DNA from: Octopus sinensis
Taxonomy: Eukaryota
Assembly: GCF_006345805.1 (NCBI RefSeq)
Contig: NC_042997.1
Coordinates: forward strand, 149,420,001-149,484,000
DNA length: 64,000 bases
Reading direction: 5' to 3'
The position numbers and the translations under genes were made by a program. Shown piece by piece: positions 1 through 14,019 of this stretch; position 1 is the first letter of the stretch, and every line of letters begins with the position of its first letter. Below the pieces are notes generated by a model. It was not told the origin of the DNA and did not search any database. It worked only from the letters and a program-made list of their open reading frames with translations.

Positions 1-866
1 CTACCTTTTAATCATCTACAGGGGTAGAAACTGTTTGTCTAGATATTCATTTTCATATGTCAGTCTAAGTAGGTGGCCCAGTTCCTCTGCGTTGACCTTA
101 CGGAACTCCAATTATCCCCACGCATTTCTCCACCACAAAATCCACCTCGATGGATGCGTATAGGGATACCACATCTATGCTACCTACTATACACCCTGCA
201 AGCTCACGGGTGTTGTTACTGTCGTTGATGCTACTGAGGTGATCTTCTGTGCTGTCACAAAAATCTGATGATATTTGGATTATGGGGCGTATGACCATTG
301 AGAGAAAGTAGGAGATCCTATAGTTGCTAGTGATATTCGCTTCACAGATTCTGTCTTGTTGGCGTTCCTGCCACTGGATAAGTGGTTATTTTGTAGTCCT
401 TGGGGAGTCCACACAGCGTCGGGATATCGTTGTTCCAGGATTGGAAATTATTGGCCGTGCGTATCTGAGGTTCAATAACAATTGTCCGCATCATCCTCTG
501 GCAGTTGAGGACATTTTCTCTCTCCTCATGCGCCTGTAAAGACGTCATTTTCATATTCGCGATGTGAGGTTTCATTGCCAGGATGTAGTTCGGCCAGCTC
601 TGTACAGACATCCTGCCGGACTTATCTGTGGGGCGGCAAACCACCTCTCCCTTCCTCGTGCGCTGTATGAGCTTACGTAGGCCACTCGTGGGTATATTCC
701 CGAGTAGTTGGGTCTCTGTCATATTCTCTCTCTTGGTGTATAGTTCTAAAATTTGTCTCAGTTTAGTCTTAGCCATAGTGAATTGTGCTTCCGTGTGGTC
801 ACAAGTGTGTTTTGGGATGCAGACCCTTTTGTTAAGGTATAGTGTTGTCGGATAAATCCGGCTCAT
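1..866 (-). mobile_element. Penelope-like retroelement (PLE) reverse transcriptase remnant, frameshifted
   Basis: ORFs 342-866 and 98-298 give KLIQRTRKGEVVCRPTDKSGRMSV, PTLCGLPKDYK and GSIDVVSLYASIEVD. These resemble PLE RT motifs (TDKSG, LYGLPKxHK, SxDVxxLYPSI) recalled from knowledge, not searched. Split across frames. Confidence 0.7.
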
Positions 867-1282
867 GTTGTAAGATTTGACACATATGTTGAAGAACTGA
901 GTGTCAAGGAGTGGTTATTCATGTTGCTGGCCCTTCAAGTGACAAATCTTCTCAGAAATAGATATGCAGCGATGTAAATGAGAAAAATCCAGCTCGAAGG
1001 TTTGTTTCTATATCGATGAGTGTTATCAGCACAATGTTAAGAGACTTCATACTTAGAATCTACAAGCCATATACTGTAAACAAATTTTGTCAACCAAATT
1101 AATTTGCATAATTTAAACATAAATGGCAAAAAATATCACAAATTGAAACTGGAAAGTGGTATCAATATGGGCAATGAAGGGAAAATCTTGGACTGTCTGT
1201 TTTCGAAAGCCAAAACACTGCAAAGAACTGCATTGTGACTGGAGGTGTATTATAATACGCGAGAAGCTGTTCTATGCAGTGA

Positions 1283-1440
1283 TATACATACATACATAAA
1301 CACATACACCCAAACACACACATACACGTTTGTGTGTATCTACAAATCTAATTGTATATATATACATATATATATATATATATGTATATATGACTATACG
1401 CACAGGCACATACACACATGCTCTCTCACACACACACACA
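1283..1440. repeat. compound (TA)n/(CA)n microsatellite
   Basis: Direct reading. Confidence 0.9.
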
Positions 1441-3754
1441 CAAAGGATATATCATACTCAGCAGATATTCTTCATTCAGGTGTAAATCAATAATTTATAA
1501 ATTATTTAATGACTTTAGAATCTTTAAGTCATTTGTTTCGTATACCATTTTGTTTTCACATGTCAGTGATAATCTTTTGTTTGTCTTTGATTTCGTGAGA
1601 TATTTATGGAGGCATACAATCCTCAAAACGGCTGACGAGAATAAAAACATAGTGTGGAGGTTTATTGGATATGTGTGATGAATCATATGGTGAGATGTTA
1701 TTTGTCATCGCTCTTTGATCTAATCATATATATTCTTGGCCAAGATAAAGTTTTTTGCTTCTTATATGCATTTCATGTACGAAGTAAGCAAGCAATTATG
1801 CACGCTCACAAACGCGCACATATGCTTTCGTTACAACACCTACGTGTTTATATTGGTTTTCTGAGAGGTTTGCACATCGTATGTTACGCCATATGTGTGT
1901 GGTGATTTTGTATTATTTACAGTATATGCGACGGAATCATCAAAATTACCTCAGGCCTTTTGTCTTTTGGCTGAAGATAGAAAGAAATCTATTGAGTGGT
2001 GGTGGGGCTGCCACAAAATGATTCTGCTTTCCATGTAAGGTTTGTCTTCTTATTAATAGTTTCAGAAACTATATTTCGATCTTCCTGAATCATAGATTCC
2101 TCCTAAAGTTTTATGATATTTTTATCCTTTTAAAGTAATATTAATCATATCGCTCCAGTTCAATATAACAACAATAACCTCAAAATAAATTTGCCAGAAA
2201 GATTTGAATGTCTGGATGTACAATTATTATATGTTGGTCGGTCAGTGTACTGAAATAAAGCAAAATATCATTCTATTGATAGGATAAAGTATGATTTTCT
2301 TTTCCTTGTGATACGTGCTGAATGGCTAAAAATTCATGCTATATATTTCAACTTTACAATTGAATTAGAAATCTCGTTTAACATCAAATGGATCCTTTCA
2401 TGATTACATAAACATCACTAATCCTGATAGAATCCATCCGTCTCCACTCTGCTTAGAATTGATGGAAATTTCATGAAACCAATATAGACGAACTGGATCA
2501 AATAACGACGTTATATTGCCATTAACCTCACGTTTCCTTTTTTTGTTTTGGAACTATTTATTTAAAAATTCGAAAAGCTGAATTATATGAAGCTTCTTGA
2601 ACGGAATACGTAATGTATAAAAGAATAAAAAAAATAGACTCGCGCATCAAAACTATTAGCAATCTACATTATCTGATGTGAGCTTGCACAGATCTCTTTG
2701 ATCAGAGCAACTCTTATTGTATAATGTATATGTTGATTTCTTTATGCCCTTAGTGACATATCCATATATCGTTTTGTCTTACAGACACACAGACACACGC
2801 ACATACACACACTAACACATATACACACAAATACTCACATATACATGCATACATACATACACACATACACACACATATATATATACTATATATACATGAT
2901 AATATGTGTGTGTGTGTATGTATGTGAGTGAGAGAGAGAGTGTGTGTACATTTATTCAGTGAGTTCTAAACATAAGCTTGCTTTCCTGTACTCTTTCATT
3001 TCCAATATCTTTTGCCTGCATAGTATTGTATCTTGTTATTTCTACATATTGGATAATTATTGCGTGGTTGCATTCATTTTATTATTTTTCTATATATATT
3101 CACATTTACTTATTCGCTATTTTCAGTATTTTGAAGTTTCTCTGTCACTATCATTTATTCACTCTTTACCTTACCCTTTAGTCAATATTATTGACCTATC
3201 TCTATTCTTTATATGTAATTCCATTTCCTCTGTAGTTCTTTCTCTATCATATATAATTCCCAAACTTGCGTATAGAAAGGAAATACATACCTTTGGTTTT
3301 GTCAGATATTTATTCGACTGCAAATACAACTTCTGTAAACTAATTGAGGTTATGATTAGTATTAGGTAGCATATGTGATATCTATAATGACATTAATAAC
3401 TCATAATTGAATGTTCTTTCGCCTGGTATAGCTATTATTAAGCTCATATTAATTGTTTAAATATATTATTATTAGCGTGAAATTATATTATTAGCGAGAA
3501 ATTTGTCCAGGGAAATCTATAGATATAAATATAGATAAATCAATAACTAATTAATTCAATTTTCAACTTAAATACTTGAAAGTGATACTATATATCAAGA
3601 ATATTTTGATAAACCATTGATAAATATGATTCTTGTTTAAATTACGCTGCTATTAACAATCCCTGTTCCCTATGATGAAAAAGTGTTACTCTTTTGCTAG
3701 ATGCAGCATTAACTCCGTCGTCGTGGAATGTGTTATATTGTTTGTTGTGGCGGG

Positions 3755-3974
3755 ACGAGGGGGTGCTGAAAAGTTCCTGGCTTCGGGTAAGAGAAAATGC
3801 AGAGAGATTAGTTAATTATGATTTCATTTAAAATATTCCACTCTCAGAGTCACACACTTATTGCAGTTGTCCTTCAGTTTTTCTAAGCCCTGTAAAAGAA
3901 CGCGTAAGTCTGGACCACTAACCAGGCCTTTTGCAATACCTTTAAATCCAGAAACATTTCAATGCCCCATCGTA
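3755..3974. mobile_element. ~220 bp mariner-type MITE
   Basis: Left TIR ACGAGGGGGTGCTGAAAAGTTCCTGGCT; degenerate right TIR AAATCCAGAAACATTTCAATGCCCCATCGT followed by A (TA target). Confidence 0.65.
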
Positions 3975-4396
3975 ACTGAAAACTATGCATACTGATGAGT
4001 CAGTAACTATCCGGATATATGTTCAGCTCTTCATTATTCTCCTCAAAACATATGAATATTTTTAGGGTGACATCTTATGATTTCGATTTTTCTTATAAAG
4101 TTCCGAAATTTACTTTTTCCATGCTCATGGTGATAGTTTGTACTGGTTTTCTTTCCACGGGAATTTTCTTTGCGATTGAAATATAAGTATTGAAATATAA
4201 GTACTGATTCGCGGTCAAATCTGCTATGGAAACAGAACGAGAGATACTTTCAGTATGTGACTAACGGAGGTTTCTAACTGTCTAAACTTAACATAAATCT
4301 CAATCTCTTAAGTTTCTTTTTACATACATACCTACATACATATACACAAACATATATTTATACATAGATAATTGCAGATATACACACGCACACACA

Positions 4397-4429
<33 letters not shown>

Positions 4430-4499
4430 GTCACATGTATATATGCCTACGTGTATTTGTTGTAGGTGTATAAGTGTATATATATATATATATATTTTA

Positions 4500-4770
4500 C
4501 TTTTATACTTGTTTCAGTCATTTGACTGCGGCCATGGTGGAGCACCCCCTTTAGTCGAGCAAATCGACCCCGGGACTTATTCTTTGTAAGCCCAGTACTT
4601 ATGCTATCGGTCTATTTTACTGAACCGCTAAGTTACGGGGACGTAAACACACCAGCATCGTTTGTCAAGCAATGCTAGGGGGACAAACACAAACACACAA
4701 ACACACACACACATATATATATATATACATATATACGACAGGCTTCTTTCAGTTTCCGTCTACCAAATCC
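4500..4770 (-). mobile_element. tRNA-derived CORE-like SINE, 5'-truncated copy
   Basis: Reverse complement matches the 3' two-thirds of the copy at 26030-26437, including its internal TA/CA tract. Confidence 0.85.
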
Positions 4771-5094
4771 ACTCACATATATATATGTGAGTGTGAATAC
4801 ATATGTAGAGGAAAAAAGAAGAGCCTGCAGTTGAAGAGCCTGCTGTTGAAAGCAGTACATGTCACAATGATTCACAAGCATTTAATTGACTGAATAATTT
4901 TCAAGTATATTCTCTTTTTGAAGGTAAATTCTATTTTTTCTATAAGTATAAAACATCTTAAAGACAAAATGCTTCCATATTGACATGCAAATAATTTCTC
5001 GTCTATTTGTGTACATATACAATCTAAGAGTCTTCGATTTATAGAGTAAACGAACGGCAAATGTTCACTTATAATAAAAATAAATGTGCCCTCT

Positions 5095-5330
5095 TTAAAG
5101 CCTAGCCAGGCTCATGGGGCCGGTTTCCCGGTTTCTATAGCATGTGTCTCCAGTTGGACGGGACGGCAGTCCATCGCAGCATTACTCACTCCTCCCAGCT
5201 GAGTGGACTGGAGCAACCTGAAATGAAGTGTTTTGCTCAAGAACACAACGTGTCGCCGGGTCCAGGAATCGAAACCACAATTTTACGATCATGATGCTGA
5301 CACCTTAACCACTAAGCTACGCGTCTCCAC
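5095..5330 (-). mobile_element. tRNA-derived SINE
   Basis: Minus strand begins GTGGAGACGCGTAGCTTAGTGGTTAAGG (A box) ... GGTTTCGATTCC (B box), followed by a GTTCTTGAGCAAAACACTT body. Confidence 0.8.
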
Positions 5331-6479
5331 AAATGTTCATTTATATTCTCACACAAATATTTACTTGAAAAAATTACACGGTACTATGTGACCAAGAAAC
5401 AAAAACTTTTCTTTGTTACCTTTTATAGATAAGTATTTAGAATGACATCTAACTGTATCGAACAGCACTTGACTATGTTAAACCCCCACCCCAAGTAATT
5501 ATCAAAACTACAGGCCAAAATATCATAAAACAAGGATATTAATTAATCACGGTTTCTACTCAAAGTCTATTTCTTTGTTGGGTGTTAGACAATACCACTG
5601 ACCCCAGTACTTAACCGCTACATTTTTTATAGATCTAGTAGGAATGAAAGGTATTTCAATATAAAATTCTATCCGCCATTTTACATTTATTGATCAGTGC
5701 ATAAATTCGATACATTCTTCAATGCCTGTCTTGGTCTTTCTGATGCAGGAAACACAAATGTGCTACGTTTCAGTAATCGAATAGCAAGTCAAATTGATAA
5801 TGAAATAAATTAGATCTCAATATCTCACTAAACTCGTCCATTCAATATTGTTTTGCCTGTTACAGTCCTGCACTATCACCAACAAGACACTACAACATTT
5901 ACCTAGCGCTTGCATTTGAGAGACCGTCGTTCAAATACTGGTACAACGCATTTTCTCTACTCCTCAGTTACAACAACTATTTCTACGGCAACCGACAGTT
6001 TCACTGTCATCATCGTTATCATAATCTACTACTTCTACTACCACTACTACCACTATCTCCATCAGCAAGAAGAAATCAAACTTTTCCTCTTTCTCCTCGT
6101 CTCAATTCAACACTACCTCCACCAAACCTACTGTCGTTCTACATTCAACAATTTTTGAAATGTAAATATTCTCAAAAATCAAAAAAAAAAAAACCCGCAA
6201 TGAGATCAACTGAGACACGTATATAAACACACAGCTACTCCAACTCTAACCACACATATAGAATATCTCCGAATCTTTAACTGTTCTGTACGCAAATTTA
6301 CATGCTTACAACTTTCTTCGTCCACCTCTGAGACACTAGACTCACACTACTGACCAGTATTTTACTACGTACCAACAATGGCATATTACGTATCGCAATG
6401 TGGATTAAGGATTTGACTGTCGATCAGCCAAACCCAAAGGATCTGTTTTCTTACGGCTATTGTGAATCAATGTCCATAC

Positions 6480-7200
6480 GCATTAAAAAACAATGATCTA
6501 CCTATACGTAAGCTCTACTGATCACTTCGAGGACCAATTATCTGCATTTTAGCGTGTCTCCCAAATTATTGCCTTCACCACTCGCAAAACAACTCCGAAA
6601 ACATCTTAATAATTTTTTTCGCGCTCCCACTGAGTGCTTAACATAGTTTCATGGATTCTAAATGGTTTGAGATAGTGGTACAACGCTGGTGTTATTTATG
6701 TTGATTTCATAATGTTTTCTAAAAAATCGATCACAGCATTCTGGACAATAATGGATAACATTGGCCTCTGTGGAGAATTGTTACAATGGATTAAATGCTT
6801 CCTGACAAAAAGAAACCAAAGTTTTGTGACGGGAGAAAATTATTCACAAGTATAAAAGGTCATTTGTGTGCTCCTATGGGACATGTTAATGACTAATACT
6901 AAATACAAATGGCATTGCATATATCAGGAAACATACTAAAATAAATTACTCCAATCTCTAGAAAAAAATCAAGTATACGCCCGAAAAGACTCTCAATCTG
7001 ATCTATATGCCCTTATACTATGGACGAGAAAAAATAAATAAAGTTTTATTATATCAAGAAAATTTTGAACTCACTCGCTTTGGAAAAGAGAATACACGTG
7101 AATAACAATTTTCTCTTTCGTTGAGAATTTTCACATATGTCAAACGATATCAATGTCTTCGATGTAACTATGGTTCAGGAACACAAGCTGGAACGCGTAA
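6480..7200 (+). mobile_element. CR1/L2-type LINE reverse transcriptase remnant
   Basis: Frameshifted translation gives AGVIYVDF..FSKKIDHSIL and GLCGELLQWIKCFLTKRNQSFV, resembling the CR1 RT pattern DVIYLDFxKAFDxVxH...LxWIxxFLxxRxQxV. Confidence 0.55.
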
Positions 7201-7213
7201 ATCAACTATAAAG

Positions 7214-7608
7214 TGGGTATCGTGGCATTCTGTCGGTTACGACAGCGAGGGTTCCAGTTTATCCGATTAACGGAAGAGCATGCTCGTGAAATTAACGTGC
7301 AAGTGGCTGAGCACTCCACAGACACGTGTTCCCTTAACGTAGTAGTTCTCGGGGAGATTCAGTGTGACACAGACTGCGGCAAGGCTAGCCCTTTGAAATA
7401 CATGTACAACGGAAACAGGAAGAAAGAGTGAGAGATAGTTGTGGGGAAAGAATACAGCAGGATTCGCCACCACCTCCGGCCGGACCCTCGTGGATCTTTA
7501 GGTGTTTTCGCTCAATAAACACTTACAACGCCTGGTCTGGGAATCGAAACCGCTATAATAAGACCTAGGGTTTGCTGCCCTAACCACTCGGCCATTGCGC
7601 CTCCACAT
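7214..7608 (-). mobile_element. tRNA-derived SINE (~400 bp)
   Basis: Minus-strand head GTGGAGGCGCAATGGCCGAGTGGTTAGGGCAGC ... GGTTTCGATTCCCAGACC; same head as the copy at 39074-39352. Confidence 0.8.
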
Positions 7609-8039
7609 AAAGTCGGTATAATCCACAGAGTGTAATATCCCCATAGGTTCTTCCAAATTTTAGGGCCAGAGTTCCAGATGTCATTCTCTTCATTAGACTT
7701 GCTGGTTCTGGCCGTGAATACCGATATCCTCTGTCGTCTCCTTACGCAAAACAAATTATTGCACCCTGCTAAAATGATGACAATAAATAAATACATGATA
7801 TAACAGGAAATGATAATTGGGTTTGCTTCATATAACACATGTAATCTCCCCAACTCTACTGTGAGCATATCATGTATAGAACATGAAAATAATTCCGTCC
7901 ACATTGCCCAAACAATGCCAGTATAAATTTCTCAAGTCACCCAAACTTTCATGCCAAACGCCTAAACTTTTAGCCTAAACTTTCCACCCACACTTGCATC
8001 CAATACGCACCCTCACAAGAATTACGCTAACGTATCATA

Positions 8040-8290
8040 ACTATATTGCGACAAATTCTTACGTCAACTGGTCCTGTACTATGCAACATTCTCTTGAAAT
8101 GAGTCCGAGAATGTAAGTACTCCATAACAGTCAAACGGTACCTTAATGACTTTAAATCAGATTAGTAAAGCTTAGATCTACTTAAAAAATTACTTTGATA
8201 TCAGGTAAAACCTTTTCCGGACACTGTGCCGAGAAATAATCCCTTCAAAATCTGACTTGGCGATGGATGAATTACAATTCCTGAAACATG
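8040..8290 (+). mobile_element. probable 3' end of the same CR1-type LINE
   Basis: Decayed sequence resembling the CR1 ORF2 C-terminus (F..KLDLL..); position downstream of 6480-7200 is consistent. Confidence 0.3.
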
Positions 8291-9096
8291 TACGTATAAT
8301 TTTGATAATGATTTCGTAGCAGCATCACCGCAACAAAAGACGAATGACGTCATCTAAATTATATAATCAGTCATGTAGTGCTTGTAGTTGTGTTTATTTT
8401 ACTGCCATGAACTTTGTGCATTTCCAACATAAAGGATGCAGTTTCTCGAAAACACGCACGCACACACACACAGACACACGCACACAGACACACACACAGA
8501 TGCACAAGCACACACACGTACACCCACACTCACACGTATATAAATTAATATAAATCAGAATTTTATTTTGTTCACCTCTCCTCGATCTCCGTGACGCAGC
8601 ATTGTTATCAATATTTTCAAAAACGCTTTACCTTTAAATCTCTGGTGGCATTTACGTTGATATCGGTGCTACTGTGATATAATGAATATTATCACAACAC
8701 AGCTAAAATACTCTAAAATGTATTTTAATCATCTATCCGTTTCCCCTTTGAGGATATATAAACACGGCAAGTTATCATTTACAAAATCAATATTTATCTA
8801 GCAATATGTATCAAGCTTTTGCATTCTGCTTTATTTAACTGAGTTGAGTCTTGTACATATTATAACCCCTGTATACTCATTTAAATACACATAAAAATGC
8901 TAAATGAGTATCCGTCAGTTTCGACGTTGTGTACACTAGTGCTTTGATGAATTTAACAGCCGATTCATATTATCAGCGAAGAACATGATGTTATTACAAC
9001 ATTTTTTAGACATGTTTACTGTTTACCAATAACGTAAAACTCAGGTAAATCAGACTTGAAGCTGTGTAATGAAACCGAGACTTTGAAATAAACGTA

Positions 9097-9329
9097 CCTA
9101 TTTCTTTATTACCCACAAGGGGCTAAACATAGAGGGGACAAACAAGGAGAGACAAAGGGATTAAGTCGATTACATCGACCCCAGTGCGTAACTGGTACTT
9201 AATTTATCGACCCCGAAAGGATGAAAGGCAAAGTCAACCTCGGCGGTATTTGAACTCAGAACGTAACGACAGACGAAATACGGATAGGAATTACGCCCGG
9301 CGTGCTAATGATTCTGCCATTTCGCCGCC
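9097..9329 (-). mobile_element. tRNA-related SINE, near full length (family also at 44.1 and 59.7 kb)
   Basis: Head GGCGGCGAAATGGCAGAATCATTAGCACG, B-box-like GAGTTCAAATACC; body shared with 44055-44255 and 59671-60085. Confidence 0.85.
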
Positions 9330-10614
9330 TTATACATACCGACAATCAGTTTTCGTTATCCTTTCCGTTGTGTCAACTAACTTTCACTCACAATTCCTAG
9401 ACGTATTCGGAGATTACGGTAGAAAACACTTCTCCAATATACAATACACATAGATAGACGACAAGATCTTAAAACCGTAAAAAAAAGAAGAAAAGTTCGT
9501 GAAAATTCGGCCATAAGATCACCTCTACATTAATCTATATAAATATTAATATAGGCGTAGATATTTTCTATGGAAACGCATACACATACAAGGTTATTCA
9601 TACAGAATTATGAATAAATATACAAAATAAACATATTGTAAGAAAGACCATGATGGAATGATAGTCTTTCATTTCATTTTTATGATAGAAGTTTTATGTT
9701 TCGGATCTTTTTCCAGTTTGAGCAAATTGCAACAGTGATGATGAAAATGCCGTTTAGATTTATATGAATCATAATTAACAGTAAGCATTACAAAGGCATA
9801 ATTGAATCTATTGTCCATAAAGATAATATCACTTAGAAGTCAATTAATTGGTTCAACTAAATAACATACGCATGCAACAAAAATAATATACAAAACAATA
9901 AAGTAATTATTAACAACAAATATCCAATTATTACTTAACAAAAACAAACAACGAATAAATTGTAGTCAAATTGTGCAGAATGCCATTGAACAATACATAA
10001 TTTATAAGATTTTATCGTATGCTTGCAATCATATTTACTGGAGCTAATAATACATTATAGCAAAAATATTTTGAGTGTATTTTAATTATTAGAAGCGTGC
10101 CTCTCGAGGGACATAGTTAATTAGGCAGCTATTGCATGCTATATGGAAACATACGTTTTTCAATGCTTCCTCGTTTTCCTAAAACTATAGAAAAGCAAAA
10201 TAAAAGTTATACTTTTTTACTGTAATATCTAACATATGAACTATGCCAGATTCTATCAGCAAGATTGTCACCAGATGTTACCAATATTGAAGCCAGTGAG
10301 TCGTATGCTAGATATTTGCCAATAAATCACGGTTTCAGAATGTAAGAACAAAAATATGGTCCTAATATGTTTTTACAAAATTTGTTTTCCCTATTTTTAA
10401 TATAAACGTTGCCAAATATTTTTTCTCATGCCAGAAGCTGAATATATATCGATATTATTCAAATGAACAGTTATTCTGCAGTCAAATTACATGCATTTGC
10501 GTGTATGCTTTATATACATACATGCACATATTGACATCACTGAAAAAAAACAGATATATATGTGTGTGTGTGTGCAATTATATGACATAGGTGTGTAAAT
10601 ACACATACAGACGC

Positions 10615-10664
<50 letters not shown>

Positions 10665-11117
10665 ATGAGTGTGTGTAATTATATGACACGTACATACAAA
10701 TAGACATTCGCAGACAAACGCGGGCACATATACACATTTATGCATATGCACACGCACTCATATGCAAGTATGAGCACAGATGGTTACCTATTCTGAAAAG
10801 AGCCACATAATACGCATACACCCAAACACAAGCAGTTATGCACACGCACAAGCAGTGCGCGCACACGCACATGCTGCAATACACTCACATAAACACTCAC
10901 ACATTCACACATATATGAACATATACAATCATTCACAAAACCAAATCATCTTCACGAACAGACACCCGAGACCACACACTCGTACGCGCACACACACACT
11001 CAGGCACAGAGGAATATATTAAGATGCTCGCACACGCTGACACTGATGCTCGCACATAAACGCACCTAATCTTTTCTGTCCTCTCCCACTCCACATGAAA
11101 AAAATTATACCCTACAT

Positions 11118-11480
11118 CAGTGGTTCTCTGCCGAGGTCCCTATGATTCCTCGGGATCCATATAAGATGTTTGCGGTCCACACAACCAATAAGGTAAATTA
11201 GGGATCTACAGTAGTATGTTATGTGTCCATAAATAGATTTTGTTTCTGATATATTTATTGTATGACAAGACTAGGTTTCTAATGTTTCCAGGCACTGCAA
11301 CATTAGAAACCTTAGAGATTGCTATTGCAAACCCACGCAACTAAATGTTAGAAAAACCAAAACAGGTGATTTGAAAGCAGTATGTATAAGCTAGGATTTA
11401 AACATAGGATGACTGTGGGCTCCAGGAAATTAAAATAGCAATCAAAGGTGTCTTAAGCAGAAAATGGTTGAGAACCACTT
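11118..11480. mobile_element. non-autonomous hAT (Charlie-like) MITE
   Basis: Termini CAGTGGTTCTC... and ...GGTTGAGAACCACT; flanks CCCTACAT / CTCCACAC match at only 5 of 8 positions as a TSD. Confidence 0.6.
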
Positions 11481-13243
11481 CTCCACACTCAGCAAATATT
11501 TTCAGCAGATCTGAGACCGACCTCACAACAAAAGGCCCAAGACATAAAGAAGTAACTCATGGGTAGCGCACACCCACCTAGTAGCACACTAACACATATA
11601 CACGCTGTTACTCGGTTGTATGCACATGACTGCTCACACACGCACGTAAACGCACGCACGTATACGCACGCGCACACACATGCAGACACTTATCGTTTAC
11701 TTTCAACCTTATCTCTTCTTCTAAGCAAATATACATCTACAAGCACAGAGATGTACACATACACAGACGCATGAGAAAAATTTTCAAACAGATTCGGAAT
11801 AGACCGTCCAGACCTTGGAGTGAGAGGAGAAATTTGCAAAAACGCTTAGCATCTATTTCTAATTACCCCGATGTTGAATTTGCTATTTTTTCTTCAATAA
11901 AATAGGAGCCAGTTGAACACTGGGGTCGATATAATCAACTCACCACTTCCCCGAACTTCAGGCCTTGTGAGAAAAACTGAGATCAATATAAAAAATTTAA
12001 TTATATAGGAGCTTAGATTGACATATCAATGTAATGACTATTTGCTTAGATGACATGGCACAGTGTGTTTTCTTGTAGTATTCATTCATATTTCAATGTA
12101 GTAATGAAGACACAAGTTAAATAAGAAAGTCTTTGACCTTATTACCTAATAAGTTTCACAATTGTGAAGGACCGAGTCTGACAGAAAACGGGAAAATAAT
12201 TTTTACAAAATAATAGCTCCAAATCAGTCATTGACAGAATGAGAGAACAGTTTAACATCCCAAAAGTTGTCGATTTGTCTTACAATTTAGGCTAAGCATT
12301 CTGTATAATACAGACAGTAAACCAACTGCTCAATTAAGAAACATTCAAGTTGACAGCGATATGATCAGAGTAATATCTCAATGAAATATTTCCAGGCTTT
12401 TATGTTGAATTGTCGCCACCTACATTTGCAGATTGCCACTAGAAACTTTGACACAGCGGTGGAAAAGTTCGGAGTATCTTTAATGCTACTCAAAAAAGCC
12501 TGGAGAGAGGCTGTCAAATGCATTCGGTATCCAAGTACAACACTTAAGTTGTTTACGTCAAGTAGTTGCGTGTGTTTATATGCGTGTACGCACTTATATA
12601 ACGACATAATCACAGAAACACAGCTACAAACTCTCTCTCTCTCACACAAGCACACACATACACACACATATTTCCACACGCATATTTATACGTATGTATG
12701 AGGTACTTATAAATGTTTACACACACTCGTATTTCTGGGAAAAGAACAGCAAGAAATATTCACTCATATGAAGCAGCGAATCCATTTTGAACATCAGCCT
12801 TTCTAGATTAAATTTATCTTAGATTACCTTTCACTTTATTTGAAGGAATCAAACAGTTAATAATTCTTATAATTATTTGATCGCGCCGCTGACAAATATA
12901 TATATATATAACAAATAATCAAGTCATTTCAGTAACTTAAATCTTTCAATTAATATAAATCAAGCTTGAGTTCTCTTCGTGGAAAACAACACATTTTTTT
13001 TATCCTCTCTCTCTCTCTCATGATAATTCACTGCATTTTGTGTATGTGCCTGTGTGTATATGTGGTTGTGCGCACATATATATGTGCTTGTCTGTGTGTT
13101 TCTGTGTGAGTGTATGTGTGTGCGTGTGGCTAGATAAAAACCAGTCATACTTCCATCTGTTTACTTTCTACAACGAAAGCGATAAGTGATATAGCAGAGT
13201 CTATCTGTAGAAAGAAAACCTACCCGCTCTTTCTCTTCTCCTT

Positions 13244-13313
<70 letters not shown>

Positions 13314-13343
13314 GCGAGAATGAAGCAACAAGAATGGATAGGT

Positions 13344-13434
13344 TTTTAGTACAATCGTTTCATACAAGGACAGGCTGTATTAAAAGTTGTAAAAATTACA
13401 GCATATAAACGTGTCCCGTACTCATCAGCTAAAA
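13344..13434 (-). ncRNA. type I hammerhead ribozyme motif (left arm)
   Basis: Stem I TTTTAG/CTAAAA, core CTGATGA, stem II GTACGGGACA/TGTCCTTGTAT, GAAA, stem III ACGATTGT, GUA site. Manual fold. Confidence 0.75.
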
Positions 13435-13533
13435 TACATGTGAGTTCTCTAGACATCCTAGTGGTTGAGGCTATACTCATGAAGTAATGTAGTATAGCCT
13501 CAACCACTAGGATGTCTAGAGAACTCACATGTA

Positions 13534-13640
13534 TTTTAGCTGATGAGTACGGGACACGTTTATATGCTGTAATTTTTACAACTTTTAATTTTTACAACTT
13601 TTAATAAAGCCTGTCCTTGTATGAAACGATTGTACTAAAA
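13534..13640 (+). ncRNA. type I hammerhead ribozyme motif (right arm)
   Basis: TTTTAG 13534-39, CTGATGA 13540-46, stem II, GAAA 13623-26, CGATTG-T-A (predicted cleavage after 13634), CTAAAA 13635-40. Confidence 0.75.
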
Positions 13641-13788
13641 ACCTATCCATTCTTGTTGCTTCATTCTCGCTTATAATCACCCCACATTACTGTATTGTTA
13701 AAACAGTATAGTTTTTTTGGGGCATCTAAGTTAGGTACCATATTCAAGTAAATTCATTTAAATTAACTTGAATCTTTATTGCTTTTTG

Positions 13789-13821
<33 letters not shown>

Positions 13822-13913
13822 GGGTGTGTGTGAATACATTTGTGCACATATATACATACATATATGTGTATATATATGTATATGCATATGTATATATATA
13901 TATATTATATATA

Positions 13914-13957
<44 letters not shown>

Positions 13958-13968
13958 TATATAGAAGG

Positions 13969-14019
13969 AGCTTCTACAGGACTAGTACTGTTTCATTCAA
14001 GAGAAATCTTCAGGAAGCT
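13969..14019 (-). ncRNA. type I hammerhead ribozyme motif (outer end of left arm)
   Basis: Reverse complement of 17612-17662. Confidence 0.6.

Larger units (their letters stand above)
13314..13670. repeat. near-perfect palindrome (164/180 bp arms, 13 nt spacer) with a hammerhead in each arm
   Basis: 13314-13477 is the reverse complement of 13491-13670 except for a 16 nt tandem duplication (TTTTACAACTTTTAAT) and one substitution. Confidence 0.95.

Noticed and set aside
2671-2715. CTGATGTGAGC...AGAGCAACTC, hammerhead-like remnant
   Set aside because: Core has an insertion and GAAA is missing; cannot be supported
3985-4030. CTGATGAGTC resembling a hammerhead core
   Set aside because: No downstream GAAA or stem III
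12381-12560. Stretch open on both strands with plausible splice sites
   Set aside because: No recognisable homology; splice signals weak or ambiguous on both strands
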